NCBI GenBank assembly: GCA_963665235.2
Contig: CAXXLX010000001.1
Coordinates: 3,584,001 to 3,648,000, forward strand
Direction of reading: 5' to 3'
From: Candidatus Poribacteria bacterium
GTDB lineage: Bacteria > Poribacteria > WGA-4E > WGA-3G
DNA length: 64,000 nt
Numbering within the stretch: the first letter of the stretch is position 1; the number at the start of each line of letters is the position of its first letter. Made by a program: the position numbers and the translations under genes. The notes under the pieces are model-generated. The model was not told the origin of the DNA. It made no database searches and saw only the letters and a program-made list of their open reading frames with translations. Of this stretch, positions 28,618-38,830 are shown piece by piece.

Positions 28618-30242
28618 AAGCTCCCTCCTTCCCGGCGTTGCCACCAGACAATCAATCCCGCAGTAAAAACGATGAAAGGGATAAGAAAAATGGAGGTTAG
28701 CTGCACAAGCCGCGCATCTTGACCGGTCATCTGACGTAAGGTTTGCTGCTGCGAATCGGCTTGTGGAAGCGCAATAAGGTCCTCTTCTGCTGTCAACCAA
28801 TTGATTGTGGATAGGAGGAGATTATAATTTAAACCTATTCTACTGAAAACGTTAGTTGCGAACTGTGAACCCCCGAAGACGACGATTCGGGTTTGCTTCT
28901 CCTCGGTTGTACCCGCATCTTCATCCCCCTGTCCGTGGGTGGCGGCTATGTTTCTATCGGTTTTCTTTTCAACCGCCACGGCAAGAGACACAGGGGCAGG
29001 TGTGTCTACACCAAGGGTATAACCGTTATTACTAAAAGTGCCATCTGCTTCACGTCCTGTCTCCCCCCAGCTTACGCCTTTTTCAGGACCGGTCCTTGCA
29101 AGGGATTTAACGCTGAGATTCGCTTTAATATTTGTCATCGGTGTAATAGAACGTGTATAAGGGAACGGGAGGCGGGATTGTGGCATGAAGCGAGTAATTT
29201 CGTGAAATTCAAAGTCCGGGACCGGGGCACTGGGGCCCATGAGAATAGCGAACCGACTGGGAGCACGGTCGAATACCAAATCGTTTCCTATTGTCACGCC
29301 CCATCTTTTCATAAGTTGAACGAGCCCGTTATTTACATCTACTGCGGAAGGGGATGGGTCCAATAGCAGCAGCAGCTTTCCATTCTGTGCAAGGTATTTC
29401 TCCACCATCCTAATTTCATTGGGTTCCAATGGAGTTTTGGGAGCGGCAATGACAAGCAGTTCACAATCTACAGGGATAGCAGGTTGTGTCAGCAGTGAGA
29501 GCGGGGATGCCGCGTAATGTTGGTTCTCTAGTACTGTTTTCACACCCGAATACCCAGCAGGGCTCAGGTCATCAATCTCACGTTCGCCATGCCCAATCAT
29601 AAAGTAAACCTTTTTGATTCTATTTTGGATAAGTTTGAGCAGCGCGCCCGTGAATTTCTGTTCATCCACGGCCGTTACCTTCTCTTGTCGTTCGGCACTT
29701 TCAAAAACAGTCGTTCCAGATAGTGTAATATTATACTTTGTCGTAAGGGCGACATCGATGTAAGGATTTTTAAAGGATACCGTTAGCAGGTCGGTTTCGC
29801 GTTGATACAACGCTAGCAATTCTTTAGCACTTTCTGTTAGATACGGGTCATTGTTGTTAAAAAATGCTGTTACCTGAATGTTTTTATCGAGATTTTTGAG
29901 AATCTGCTTTGTGCGTTCAGAAAGCGTATGACGTTTCAGTGCTGTTAAATCTATCCGTTTATCGAACCGCTGGACAACAATAACGTTGACAAAAACGGCT
30001 ATGCCTATAACCCCAAGAATACTGAGGGTTACGTTAATGCCGTATCGGAGTTGTCGACTAGCAAAAAAACTAACAAATTCCCTAAAGCGCGTCCCCGCAA
30101 AAACGGCAAATGTACCAGCGCAGAGCAGTAACAAAATCCAAAATGCAAGACGTGCTCCGAGAAACCAACTGGCGATTGAAACGAAACTGAGAATTAGCGC
30201 AAGAAACCCGAACAGCGGGCCTATAACCTTTTTGTAAGACAT
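28614..30242 (-). CDS. GldG-like ABC-type uncharacterized transport auxiliary component
   Basis: RIDLT..HTLS, VYFMIGHGE, YLAQNGKLLLLLDP, C-terminal TM ending WWQRR. Confidence 0.85.
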   Translation of the reverse strand: MSYKKVIGPLFGFLALILSFVSIASWFLGARLAFWILLLLCAGTFAVFAGTRFREFVSFFASRQLRYGINVTLSILGVIGIAVFVNVIVVQRFDKRIDLTALKRHTLSERTKQILKNLDKNIQVTAFFNNNDPYLTESAKELLALYQRETDLLTVSFKNPYIDVALTTKYNITLSGTTVFESAERQEKVTAVDEQKFTGALLKLIQNRIKKVYFMIGHGEREIDDLSPAGYSGVKTVLENQHYAASPLSLLTQPAIPVDCELLVIAAPKTPLEPNEIRMVEKYLAQNGKLLLLLDPSPSAVDVNNGLVQLMKRWGVTIGNDLVFDRAPSRFAILMGPSAPVPDFEFHEITRFMPQSRLPFPYTRSITPMTNIKANLSVKSLARTGPEKGVSWGETGREADGTFSNNGYTLGVDTPAPVSLAVAVEKKTDRNIAATHGQGDEDAGTTEEKQTRIVVFGGSQFATNVFSRIGLNYNLLLSTINWLTAEEDLIALPQADSQQQTLRQMTGQDARLVQLTSIFLIPFIVFTAGLIVWWQRREGGSL

Positions 30243-30292
30243 ATTTATCTTTGCGCTCGGAAGCGCACTCCTACACGCTCAGGAGCACGCGC

Positions 30293-31018
30293 CTACCTCC
30301 ATTTTGACGACTCTACCGACTTAAACGTCGCAAATAGGCACACACACGTGAAACTTATATAGTAAACAACATCTTGCAGCAGGATAACCCCGCGTGAAAA
30401 GTCGTTATAATGCTCAAGAAATGAGAGATAACTCAAAAATTTTCCGATTGTCCCAAAACGGGTGGAGATTGACCCGATAACCCATAATGCTAAAAAAAAA
30501 CCGAAACTTGTCAGGGCAGCAACGATTTGATTTTTGCTCATTGAGGACATTAGTAAACCGAAGGATAGGAACGAGGAACTAATCAGGATGAGACCTACGT
30601 AACCGCTCAGCAGCAGCCCCACATCTAGGGGACCGAAACGTTGTGTTACAAATGGAAAGAGGAACGTCAAGGCAAGCATGATTAAAACGAGGAACCAGCT
30701 TGCAAAAAATTTGCCAAAAACCACCTGACTATCTGTAATGGGGGAGGTTAGCAGCAACTCAATCGTTCCAGATTTCCGCTCTTCGGCAAAGAGTTTCATC
30801 GTTAGCACTGGCGTGAAAAAGAGAAGGATGACTGCCAGATTACCGAAAAGCGTCTCCATGACATATTCTCCCTTATTGCCGTAAGCACTTCCCCCGATTA
30901 ACATGAGAGAAAAAAGAAATCCTGAAATCGCAGAAAAGACGAAACAGACGAAATAGGCAATCGGTGAAACGAAATAGGTGTAAAGTTCTTTTGTGCAAAC
31001 AGCAATAATGTTCTTCAT
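30293..31018 (-). CDS. GldF-like ABC-2 permease
   Basis: KELYTYFVSPIAY, EERKSGTIELLLTSP, GKFF, NQIVAA. Confidence 0.9.
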   Translation of the reverse strand: MKNIIAVCTKELYTYFVSPIAYFVCFVFSAISGFLFSLMLIGGSAYGNKGEYVMETLFGNLAVILLFFTPVLTMKLFAEERKSGTIELLLTSPITDSQVVFGKFFASWFLVLIMLALTFLFPFVTQRFGPLDVGLLLSGYVGLILISSSFLSFGLLMSSMSKNQIVAALTSFGFFLALWVIGSISTRFGTIGKFLSYLSFLEHYNDFSRGVILLQDVVYYISFTCVCLFATFKSVESSKWR

Positions 31019-31057
31019 TTTGATAGTTGGCTATTATGAATCTATAACGGGTCATTT

Positions 31058-31858
31058 CTAAGAATCTTTAACCCATTGCTCCCGAACCCTTCCGACAAAG
31101 AAGGGGCCGAGTGACTCAATATATTTGGTTGTCTGCTCTGTTTTTCGCATATCCTGTATCAAACGCGAGAGCGGGTATAACTCAGGGCCGACTAAGCCGA
31201 TAACAAATTCGTTGTCGTTCGTATCTAATCCGAAGCATGCAAGTCGGATGTCGCTGGCGTATCCACTAGCCGCGTAACTGCGGCCGAGCATGGCATGCTC
31301 CGCCAGAATTTTGCCACGTTCGCTGGGTTCGTATACCCCATTTTTGAGGAAAAGTCAAATTAAAATTTCAACTCATGCACCGCTACTTCGATAAAATTCG
31401 GGGTTTCGGCGCAGCGGATACCAAATCGCCCATGGAAATTCGGGGTTGAGAACGTTTCGGAGCGGTTTATTGATAAGCCATTCCTCCAAATCGGGCTCCC
31501 TACCGCTTGAGTAGGTACGACCTATCATCGTCATTTCTGGACGATATAAAATCTCACCTTTACGTTGCATGGTTTGTAGGGCATGCGATTGGAGCATCAG
31601 GTGTGTCGGACTCTCGTCGATAAACAGTACGCCGAGACCTGTAGGATTATTCAAATCGTCGTAGAAAACGGCAGTTTGACTGGAACGACTCGATTGAATG
31701 TTTTTAACAATCACTTCTGGAATCACACGGCACTCAAAAACGTGAAGTTGAAAGAATAGTCTCTTATCGCTAACCTGTGGTTCGCCATCAATTGGGGCAC
31801 CGGTTTCTCGAAGGTCTACCGGTTCTGGACGCGGCGGTCTCTTTCCTTCAGTGTTCAT
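31058..31858 (-). pseudogene. Chlorite dismutase / coproheme decarboxylase-family gene split by a 57-nt insert
   Basis: WYPLRRNPEFYR then, same frame, EPSERGKILAEHAMLGRSY...DIRLACFGLDTNDNEF; insert 31331-31387 contains two TGA stops. Confidence 0.8.
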
Positions 31859-31895
31859 AATTTTCGGACTACCTTCTCTCTAAAAATAATTCGAT

Positions 31896-33476
31896 TTAAC
31901 GTTTTGTGGTATAAGAATCCCGAATCCACTGTTCAAGAACCGGGTCGGGTGTTTCTACTACCTGCTTCGGGAACTTAAACGATGACTGCTTCGTGTTCTG
32001 CTTGATGAGATTCAGGCCGTGCTGATAACTTTTCAGGATTTCATCACAAACCTGTTGGACAGATTTTTCCTGTGTCGCTGCGCGTTCACAGATGGCTTCG
32101 GTTGCTTCCGCATCGAACTCAATTTTTAGTCCGTGGTCCGTATAGAACTGCGCCTCGTACCTACGTACCTGCTCCCGCATAACGATATTGCGATTGTAAT
32201 TGGCATCTTCAATAATCTTCTTGAGCTGGACATCCGGGGTATCGACCACCTCAGCGGTGACGACGAATTCTGTGAGGCTTGTGGATGGAAGTTCGAACTT
32301 ATAGTTACGCAGCGTCTTTTCACAGACTGTCATTAAGGCACGGGCCCCGGTTTTTTGTTCAATGGCACTTTCGGCAATTTTGCGTAACCCGTTGTCAGCG
32401 AAAAGCACGTTAATGCCGTAAGCCCGGAAAGCGTTCTCATATTGCCGAACGATTGAGCCTTCGGAATGCTTCAGGATATGAAAAAGATCATCGGTTTCTA
32501 ACTCGTTACAAATGACGTGGACCGGCAGTCTTCCGATGAACTCCGGTTCGAAACCGAAATCGATAAAGTCTTTTGGGGTAACCTGCTCAAAATATCGCGC
32601 GACATCCTCCTTTTGGCTCACAACATCGGCGTTAAAACCGATACGGCTTTGATGCAGGCGTTTCTTGATAATCTTCTCTATGCCGGTGAACGCTCCGCTG
32701 ATAATAAACAGAATATGCCGGGTGTTGATAACCTCTTTTTCGACCTTGCCACGTTTCTGAAATTCCAGAGCCGCTCGCATCTGAGAGGCGACATCGTGCC
32801 CAGACCGAAGGTCTACCTCGGTCTCTTCCATCAATTTGAGAAGCCCAATTTGAACACCGCGTCCGCTAACATCGCGCCCGATAATATTCGGAGGGGTCGC
32901 AATTTTGTCCGCTTCATCAAGATAGATAATCCCATATTGTGCAAGTTCAAGATTATCCTCCGCTTGCGCCACTAATTCACGAATTAAGTCGTCTACATTT
33001 GCCCCAACGTAACCGGTTTCGCTAAATCGGGTAGCATCCGCTTTGACAAACGGCACGCCGATTAACTTCGCAATGTGGCGAATCAGATAGGTCTTGCCAA
33101 CGCCGGTCGGCCCGAGCATAACGATGTTCTGCTTTGAGTAATCAACATCTGTGATGTCAGGGTTTTCATGGCACTCCCGGACATGGTTGTAGTGGTCACA
33201 GACCGCAATAGCGAGGGCTTTCTTCGCATCATCCTGTTTGATGACATACCGGTCCAAATACTGCTTAATATCTTTCGGTTTGAGGTCGAATTTCAAATCG
33301 AAGGTTTTCTGCGGTTCCGGCTCTTCCTCTATTTCATCTGGGGAGACCTCCTTTGTCCCCACGTATCCCAAGCCAACGCCTATGTTTCCGCCGTATTTCT
33401 TCTGCAAATTCTTCTCAAATTCTTGAATTTCCTTTTGCATCTCTTCTGGAGTTGGTATTTTTCTATTCGTTGTCAT
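31896..33476 (-). CDS. clpX: ClpX-like ATPase lacking N-terminal zinc finger
   Basis: GPTGVGKT, ETGYVG, DEADKI, RDVSGRGVQ, IGF loop, PEFIGRLP, TGARAL. Confidence 0.85.
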   Translation of the reverse strand: MTTNRKIPTPEEMQKEIQEFEKNLQKKYGGNIGVGLGYVGTKEVSPDEIEEEPEPQKTFDLKFDLKPKDIKQYLDRYVIKQDDAKKALAIAVCDHYNHVRECHENPDITDVDYSKQNIVMLGPTGVGKTYLIRHIAKLIGVPFVKADATRFSETGYVGANVDDLIRELVAQAEDNLELAQYGIIYLDEADKIATPPNIIGRDVSGRGVQIGLLKLMEETEVDLRSGHDVASQMRAALEFQKRGKVEKEVINTRHILFIISGAFTGIEKIIKKRLHQSRIGFNADVVSQKEDVARYFEQVTPKDFIDFGFEPEFIGRLPVHVICNELETDDLFHILKHSEGSIVRQYENAFRAYGINVLFADNGLRKIAESAIEQKTGARALMTVCEKTLRNYKFELPSTSLTEFVVTAEVVDTPDVQLKKIIEDANYNRNIVMREQVRRYEAQFYTDHGLKIEFDAEATEAICERAATQEKSVQQVCDEILKSYQHGLNLIKQNTKQSSFKFPKQVVETPDPVLEQWIRDSYTTKR

Positions 33477-33592
33477 GACTTTCCTAGTGATTGGTATTCA
33501 CCCCTTAATAGTCATCAATTAGATAGTAGCGACAAAGGAGAAGCAATAGTCACAACATATCTGCTGATGGTTTCCGTTAGCTATTTGTGCTA

Positions 33593-35161
33593 TTAATCCC
33601 CGACATTTGCATAAAAGAATGGGGGCATTGTCAACGCAACGACATCGTCATCTCCAGAGATTTCGCGTGCCATTGCGAGTGCATCGTCTAAATTTTTTGC
33701 CCAGTCAACGCCTAACCGCTGGGCCACCTGTGGGTCTTTCGGCCCCACTAAAATAACCTTAGATAGATATTTCAACGGATACGTCGCCCAATACCAGACA
33801 GTGAACGGGTGGAATCCGTGGTGTGCGAACCTATTCCGGTAGCAATCTATTAAGTACTCGTCCTTTGCATATTTTTCCTGATATTTCCGTTGCATTTCAA
33901 AAGGTTCAGTTGTATCTGCTAGTACTTCATCGTAAAACATTCTGTAAGCGACGTGATATTCCTCGTGAAAAATTTCGTAGGTTGGATTCAGAATGATAAC
34001 AACCCCGTTCTCTTTGATAAGCGGTTTGTTATAGAACCAATTGAAAACATATCCGAGTATATCGCTGACGACCAAAACCGGGTTAATCCGTGCATCGACA
34101 GCATAAGGGCTCATGTCAGGTAATCCGAACACAAGCGTACTATACTGCCGCGGAATATCTATTGCCAATTGTTCTTTCATCAGCGTCAACGTTTTGGCGT
34201 GTACTGCATCGATGTCGCCTGCGTTTAGTGCTATCGGTTCGTAGTCGGTTCGAACGCTTTTTAAGATTTTATACCGTACCGTTTCTGGGAGTATAGACAA
34301 AGTTGCGGGGGTAAAAGTTTTAAGAATCCGCTCGGCAATATTGCAGTCACGGTTCGGTTTTCCAACATAACGGAGATGAAACGGATATATTGCTCCGTTC
34401 ATCGCGGCTTCAAGAATGAGTATCGGTGTCTCTTTCTGAATAAGACGACTCATCTGTTCAATGCAGGCGTGCATGTGTGAACCGTCCGGTTGCATCACGT
34501 GTGGGCTCTCCGATGTCATGTGTGGCGAGTGATGTGGTGCGATGGAGTTATACGTGCCGAGCCCAACTGCGACAGATTTATGCCCCCCGTTAAGCGGAAT
34601 TTGCACCGTATCCACGTAAATCACCAGGTCGGCTTCAAGGACAGCCTTATCTGTTTCGACGATTTCGTCATTTTCTGTTCTTCCTACTTCGACAATCTGT
34701 TCAATGTCTTCTGCGTCAAAATTTCGGAGTTGATGCGGATAGAACTCATCCATGATGTTTTTTCCTAACATATAGGTGAGTTCATGCTCTTTCATCTTCC
34801 GGTGCAGCGCGACCGCGCACATTAGCTGAATGTTCTTTTTTTCTACCCCATACTCGTCCAACATTTTCAGGAGCGTTTCAAGCATAATTTGCCGCATATC
34901 CGGCTTTTTGGTAGCTGGAAACGGTTGACAGTTGTCATCAAAAAGGATGAGCACCTTCGAATTGCCATCGACGAGTTCCCGCAAAGGGGGCATCTCTAGC
35001 GGATTTTCAAAGGCATGCTGTGTATGCTCAGCCAATGCAGTCCGCTTAATCCCGGGCAGAGGTGGTTTCGCATAGAATACCTCCGAATTGTCCGGTATTT
35101 TCGCATTGATTAAATGGTTTCCAAAGTAGGTAAAGTATTTCATCAAAATAACCTTTTTCAC
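33593..35161 (-). CDS. LarA (lactate racemase)-superfamily / DUF2088 protein
   Basis: NPLEMPPL, LFDD, AVALHRKM, GGHKSVAVGLG. Confidence 0.75.
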   Translation of the reverse strand: MKKVILMKYFTYFGNHLINAKIPDNSEVFYAKPPLPGIKRTALAEHTQHAFENPLEMPPLRELVDGNSKVLILFDDNCQPFPATKKPDMRQIMLETLLKMLDEYGVEKKNIQLMCAVALHRKMKEHELTYMLGKNIMDEFYPHQLRNFDAEDIEQIVEVGRTENDEIVETDKAVLEADLVIYVDTVQIPLNGGHKSVAVGLGTYNSIAPHHSPHMTSESPHVMQPDGSHMHACIEQMSRLIQKETPILILEAAMNGAIYPFHLRYVGKPNRDCNIAERILKTFTPATLSILPETVRYKILKSVRTDYEPIALNAGDIDAVHAKTLTLMKEQLAIDIPRQYSTLVFGLPDMSPYAVDARINPVLVVSDILGYVFNWFYNKPLIKENGVVIILNPTYEIFHEEYHVAYRMFYDEVLADTTEPFEMQRKYQEKYAKDEYLIDCYRNRFAHHGFHPFTVWYWATYPLKYLSKVILVGPKDPQVAQRLGVDWAKNLDDALAMAREISGDDDVVALTMPPFFYANVGD

Positions 35162-35284
35162 ATTTTATGTCTTCTATAATTTATTTTAGCACAGTTGATG
35201 GAAAGATTGCAAGTTTTTTTTGTTTGAGGGCAAGGCTATTTAGCTCTTCCTATTTTTCGTCTTTTTTTCAACCCCTCTCTTATA

Positions 35285-35784
35285 GTATGAGGAGCGGGCT
35301 TCTCTACTGGACCTAATGGGTTTACTATATTGCAGAGCCATATATTTTATCATCGGAGATAAAGGATATGTTTCCGAACAACTTGATAGGGAATTACTGC
35401 GAAACTTCAACGAACGCCGCTTCTCCCCAAGCGGCTGACGGCTGCAAGCCACTTGGGGAGAAGCGGCGTTCTGTCTATTACCGCCCGGCGAAAGAACCAG
35501 AAAGCACAATATCCAGAAGACTTCCGAAAACCGCATCAAAAAATGAGAAGGCGGGTTGAAACAACGATAAGTCAACTGACATAACAGTTCAATGTTTGCC
35601 GCATTCGTGCAAGGTCTCATTGGGGATTTCGGACACGTCTTAGCAACAAGTTTGGCGGTTTTACCCTCGGTGTTTTCATCAATAAATGTTTAGGACGCAA
35701 GCTAATGGCACTAAAAGATGTTGTCTACACATAAAAAACTAAACAGTAATAGGTATAGGACAAATACGAACTAGCACAACCCGT
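35285..35784 (+). mobile_element. IS982-family transposase remnant with right terminal repeat
   Basis: Frameshifted YEERASLLDL..IIGDKGY..RRRVETTISQL*QFNVCRIRARSHWG; end AACTAGCACAACCCGT 35769-35784. Confidence 0.8.
35412..35471. repeat. 60-bp hairpin with 20-bp perfect arms inside the IS982 remnant
   Basis: GAACGCCGCTTCTCCCCAAG ... CTTGGGGAGAAGCGGCGTTC. Confidence 0.9.
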
Positions 35785-35926
35785 AATTAATGGAAAATGA
35801 TGTCAAATTACGAAAAAATTGCGATTTTTTAGAAAAAATTTAACATTCACCGGAATTTATGGTATAATATATTTGTTACAAGTCATAAGTTCAATAATCT
35901 GCTATCAAAGCAGAAGGAGAAAATCT

Positions 35927-36036
35927 AATGAAAACGCTAAAACTTGCCATCCTAAGTGTCGCAATAATATGCTTGTTCGGGAATGAAAACGCTAAAACTT
36001 GCCATCCTAAGTGTCGCAATAATATGCTTGTTCGGG
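35927..36036 (+). repeat. Exact 55-bp tandem duplication covering start codon and signal peptide
   Basis: aatgaaaacgctaaaacttgccatcctaagtgtcgcaataatatgcttgttcggg x2. Confidence 0.95.
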
Positions 36037-36801
36037 ATGGTAACGAGTAGTGAAGGGTTTGAAATTGTGTCCTTTCAATCAGATACGGAGGTGTAGGGTT
36101 CTTACACATATCACACGGCATCTCTGACAACGGATGTACCTTTTTATTGTGTATGGTGGTATGTTAATGGAGCTTTCGCAGGATATAGTTATGGTGGTAA
36201 TAGAACGACTCAAGCTTATTTCAGTCCTAACGGGCTGACTGGCAGTGTTCATGGGGTTAATCACACGATCAAAGCAGAAGTTGGATGGATTGCGGCTGAT
36301 GGCACTTCCCACTTTGCTACCGATTCCTACGTTTTGAGGATGTTTCAATCGAAAATAATTAGCGGCTCAAAATATCCTTCTGAGATGGTAAAACCTAAAC
36401 GCGGCACGGGGATATACGGCCACGTAGAACTCTATCGCCACTATCATGATGGACAAAGTATCGTCGTGGACGCATCTGTGTATGCCTCTAATGGGACAAT
36501 GGTAGAACTTAATGCCGCTTCGTGGTACCGACATACGCAATTCGGAATAGATAATGGTGTAACGCTATGGGAGCTAGAGGTCCAGGGGCCCAGCGAGCAG
36601 CTGTCCTCGGGTGAAAGCTATAACTCCTACGGCTCTCCAATGATCAGCTATTGGGTCGGCGGAAATATAGAAGTGGGTCAAGAGATTAAGTTAAATGCGC
36701 ATGTTCACCTACAGGTGGGTGGGCGTGTGTGGCACGAAGAGAATAATGCGTGGACGCATACGTTTGATCGCACGCACAACAAAGACTATCAACCCGATTA
36801 A
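35983..36801 (+). pseudogene. Secreted hypothetical protein, disrupted
   Basis: MKTLKLAILSVAIICLFGMVTSSEG signal peptide in frame with ORF 36334-36801; in-frame TAG at 36094. Confidence 0.75.
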
Positions 36802-36945
36802 TAACCGATTTTGATGGCAGGGGACAATGTGCCCCTGCCACACTTTTATCCAAGGGGAGGTGAACCCCCTTGCCACACTTGTCAGGGGGGAATGTGGAGA
36901 ACCCCCCTTTATCCCCCCGCAAGCGAGGGGAATAGGAGTCCAACT

Positions 36946-38007
36946 ATGCTTATGAACAGAGTTGTTTTGCTTTGCCTGTTAGGACTGATTTTATCAACCG
37001 CAGCGCATGCGAAAATTGTTTTTAGCTCAGAACGCAACGGTGTGAAGGGTATCTACGTGATGGACGATGATGGCAGCAACCAGACACTTCTCATCGAAGG
37101 TAGGGGGGGGGCCGTCCCATGGAGTTGGTCTCCCGATGGCACACGGATTCTGTTTACGAAAGGTGTTAGGAGAGGTGTGCAGCAGAGCGTCATCCTCTTC
37201 CTGATAGATCCGGATGGCACGAACATTCGGCAACTGACAGAAAACGATGGGAGTTATATCGGTAGAGCTTCATTTTCACCGGACGGTAAATTTATCGTTT
37301 ATCATAGACGTTGGAATGAAAATAACAAGGAGAAACGTAGCGTAGAAGTGCTGAATATTGAGACGGGGAAGCGGAAAGTCATATTAGCGGATCATCTGGC
37401 AATCGACGCAATCAACTGTGATTGGTCTCCGGAGGGTCGGCATATTCTCTTTGCGGAGCCTACCAGTCCTGGCAAGAGCAACACGATTTGGATTATGGGT
37501 GCGGATGGACATAACCCCCGTGAGCTTATACCGAATCCGGGTCCGCAACGTGACAATTTTCATATTTACCGAGAAAGACCGCGTTGGTCGCCGGATGGTC
37601 GGCAAGTTGTATTCACAGAGAGAGAACAAAAATGGGAGCATGTGCCCAATGTCGTTAACGGGCTTATCTTTAAAGCGTTTCGGTATATGATTTACGATTT
37701 CGCCAGTGATAGCATCCGAAAGCTCTCTATACCGAGAGACTGGATATGCTATGGCATTGACTGGATGGATGATGGTGAATCTGTTGTTTTCGCTGCCCGG
37801 GCTGACATGCCTATGGACAAACTGCTAATGGGACGTATTGACTTTCCCCCGTGCTATGTGTATAAGTATCATATCAAAACGCGTGAGAGGACGCAGCTGA
37901 CACATGATCCGGGCTGGGATCAGACAATAGATTGGATCAGTGATGATGTGTTGTCGGTCACTCCGCAGGGTAAAAAAAAAGTGACGTGGGGAGCGATTAA
38001 GAGATAA
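36946..38007 (+). CDS. TolB-like beta-propeller (PD40 repeats), secreted, with C-terminal TWG motif
   Basis: Signal peptide ...TAAHAKIVF, repeated WSPDG, C-terminal LSVTPQGKKKVTWGAIKR. Confidence 0.88.
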   Translation: MLMNRVVLLCLLGLILSTAAHAKIVFSSERNGVKGIYVMDDDGSNQTLLIEGRGGAVPWSWSPDGTRILFTKGVRRGVQQSVILFLIDPDGTNIRQLTENDGSYIGRASFSPDGKFIVYHRRWNENNKEKRSVEVLNIETGKRKVILADHLAIDAINCDWSPEGRHILFAEPTSPGKSNTIWIMGADGHNPRELIPNPGPQRDNFHIYRERPRWSPDGRQVVFTEREQKWEHVPNVVNGLIFKAFRYMIYDFASDSIRKLSIPRDWICYGIDWMDDGESVVFAARADMPMDKLLMGRIDFPPCYVYKYHIKTRERTQLTHDPGWDQTIDWISDDVLSVTPQGKKKVTWGAIKR

Positions 38008-38188
38008 AGTGGAACCCTCGCTGGCAGAGGTGTCAAATTATCCGTTGTGTAAGACGCTCTGTAATACGAAAGCCGTTGACATCTCAAGTCATGACACCGC
38101 CTAGCACAACCTGTCTTAGTAATACCGTCGTTTTTTTTCGCCATGTGTGTTCGTCTCCTTTTTGAAAACTTCGCCTATAGTAGTTCCC

Positions 38189-38827
38189 TTACCCCGAATC
38201 AGGCATTTCGCCTGCCACTGCGCGAACGTAACGACCCGCCTGTTTCCCTGCATCTGTTGTCGACATAATCCCTGACATCACAGCGACTCCGAAAGCCGAT
38301 GCCGCCAAACATTCGGCAACGCGCAACGGTGTAATGCCCCCCAGTGCAAAGACAGGCAACCGGACCTGCTTCGTTAGCTGTGCCAGACTTGCAATGCCGA
38401 CAGCGGGCCCATACCCCGGTTTGCTTACTGTCGGGTAGATAGGGCTATACGTCACGAAATCGGCACCCTCCGCCGCCCGTTTTTGTGCTGCTGCGACACG
38501 ATGTACCGAGCAGCCGACCCGCAATTCGTTGTCTGTTTGTGCCTTCACAGCATCTACAGCCCCCGCATTCGCTGGCAGATGAACCCCCGTGGCTCCGACA
38601 TCCAGCGCGACACGTATATCGGTGTTGATGAAAAGGTGCGCGTTGTAACGTTGACACCGCGCCGCTATCGGTCGCGCGAGGTGGTACAACGCTAAACTGT
38701 CCAAATCCTTTTCCCGCAACTGAATAGCACGCACCCCCGCATCCAACACCTCCGAAATAACTGTGAATAACGGTGTAGGGGTACAGCGATGTCTATCTGT
38801 AATGACGTACAGCTTAAAATCGAGCAT
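38189..38827 (-). CDS. thiE: Thiamine-phosphate synthase
   Basis: LYVITD, IQLREK, GVHL, GCSVH, PIYPTVSK, ALGGIT. Confidence 0.92.
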   Translation of the reverse strand: MLDFKLYVITDRHRCTPTPLFTVISEVLDAGVRAIQLREKDLDSLALYHLARPIAARCQRYNAHLFINTDIRVALDVGATGVHLPANAGAVDAVKAQTDNELRVGCSVHRVAAAQKRAAEGADFVTYSPIYPTVSKPGYGPAVGIASLAQLTKQVRLPVFALGGITPLRVAECLAASAFGVAVMSGIMSTTDAGKQAGRYVRAVAGEMPDSG

Positions 38828-38830
38828 GGG

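Noticed and set aside
31331-31387. TGA read-through (selenocysteine) in the chlorite-dismutase-family gene
   Set aside because: Two TGA codons in an AT-rich non-homologous insert with no SECIS-like hairpin
36094-36096. Pyrrolysine or alternative genetic code at the in-frame TAG
   Set aside because: TAG ends many normal genes in the window and the gene has a second lesion
36818-36935. Cluster of short GC hairpins before the beta-propeller gene as a riboswitch
   Set aside because: Looks like REP-type repeats; no recognisable aptamer motif
38024-38114. Possible further IS982-like MITE ending CTAGCACAACCTGT
   Set aside because: Left end match is weak and no target duplication is evident
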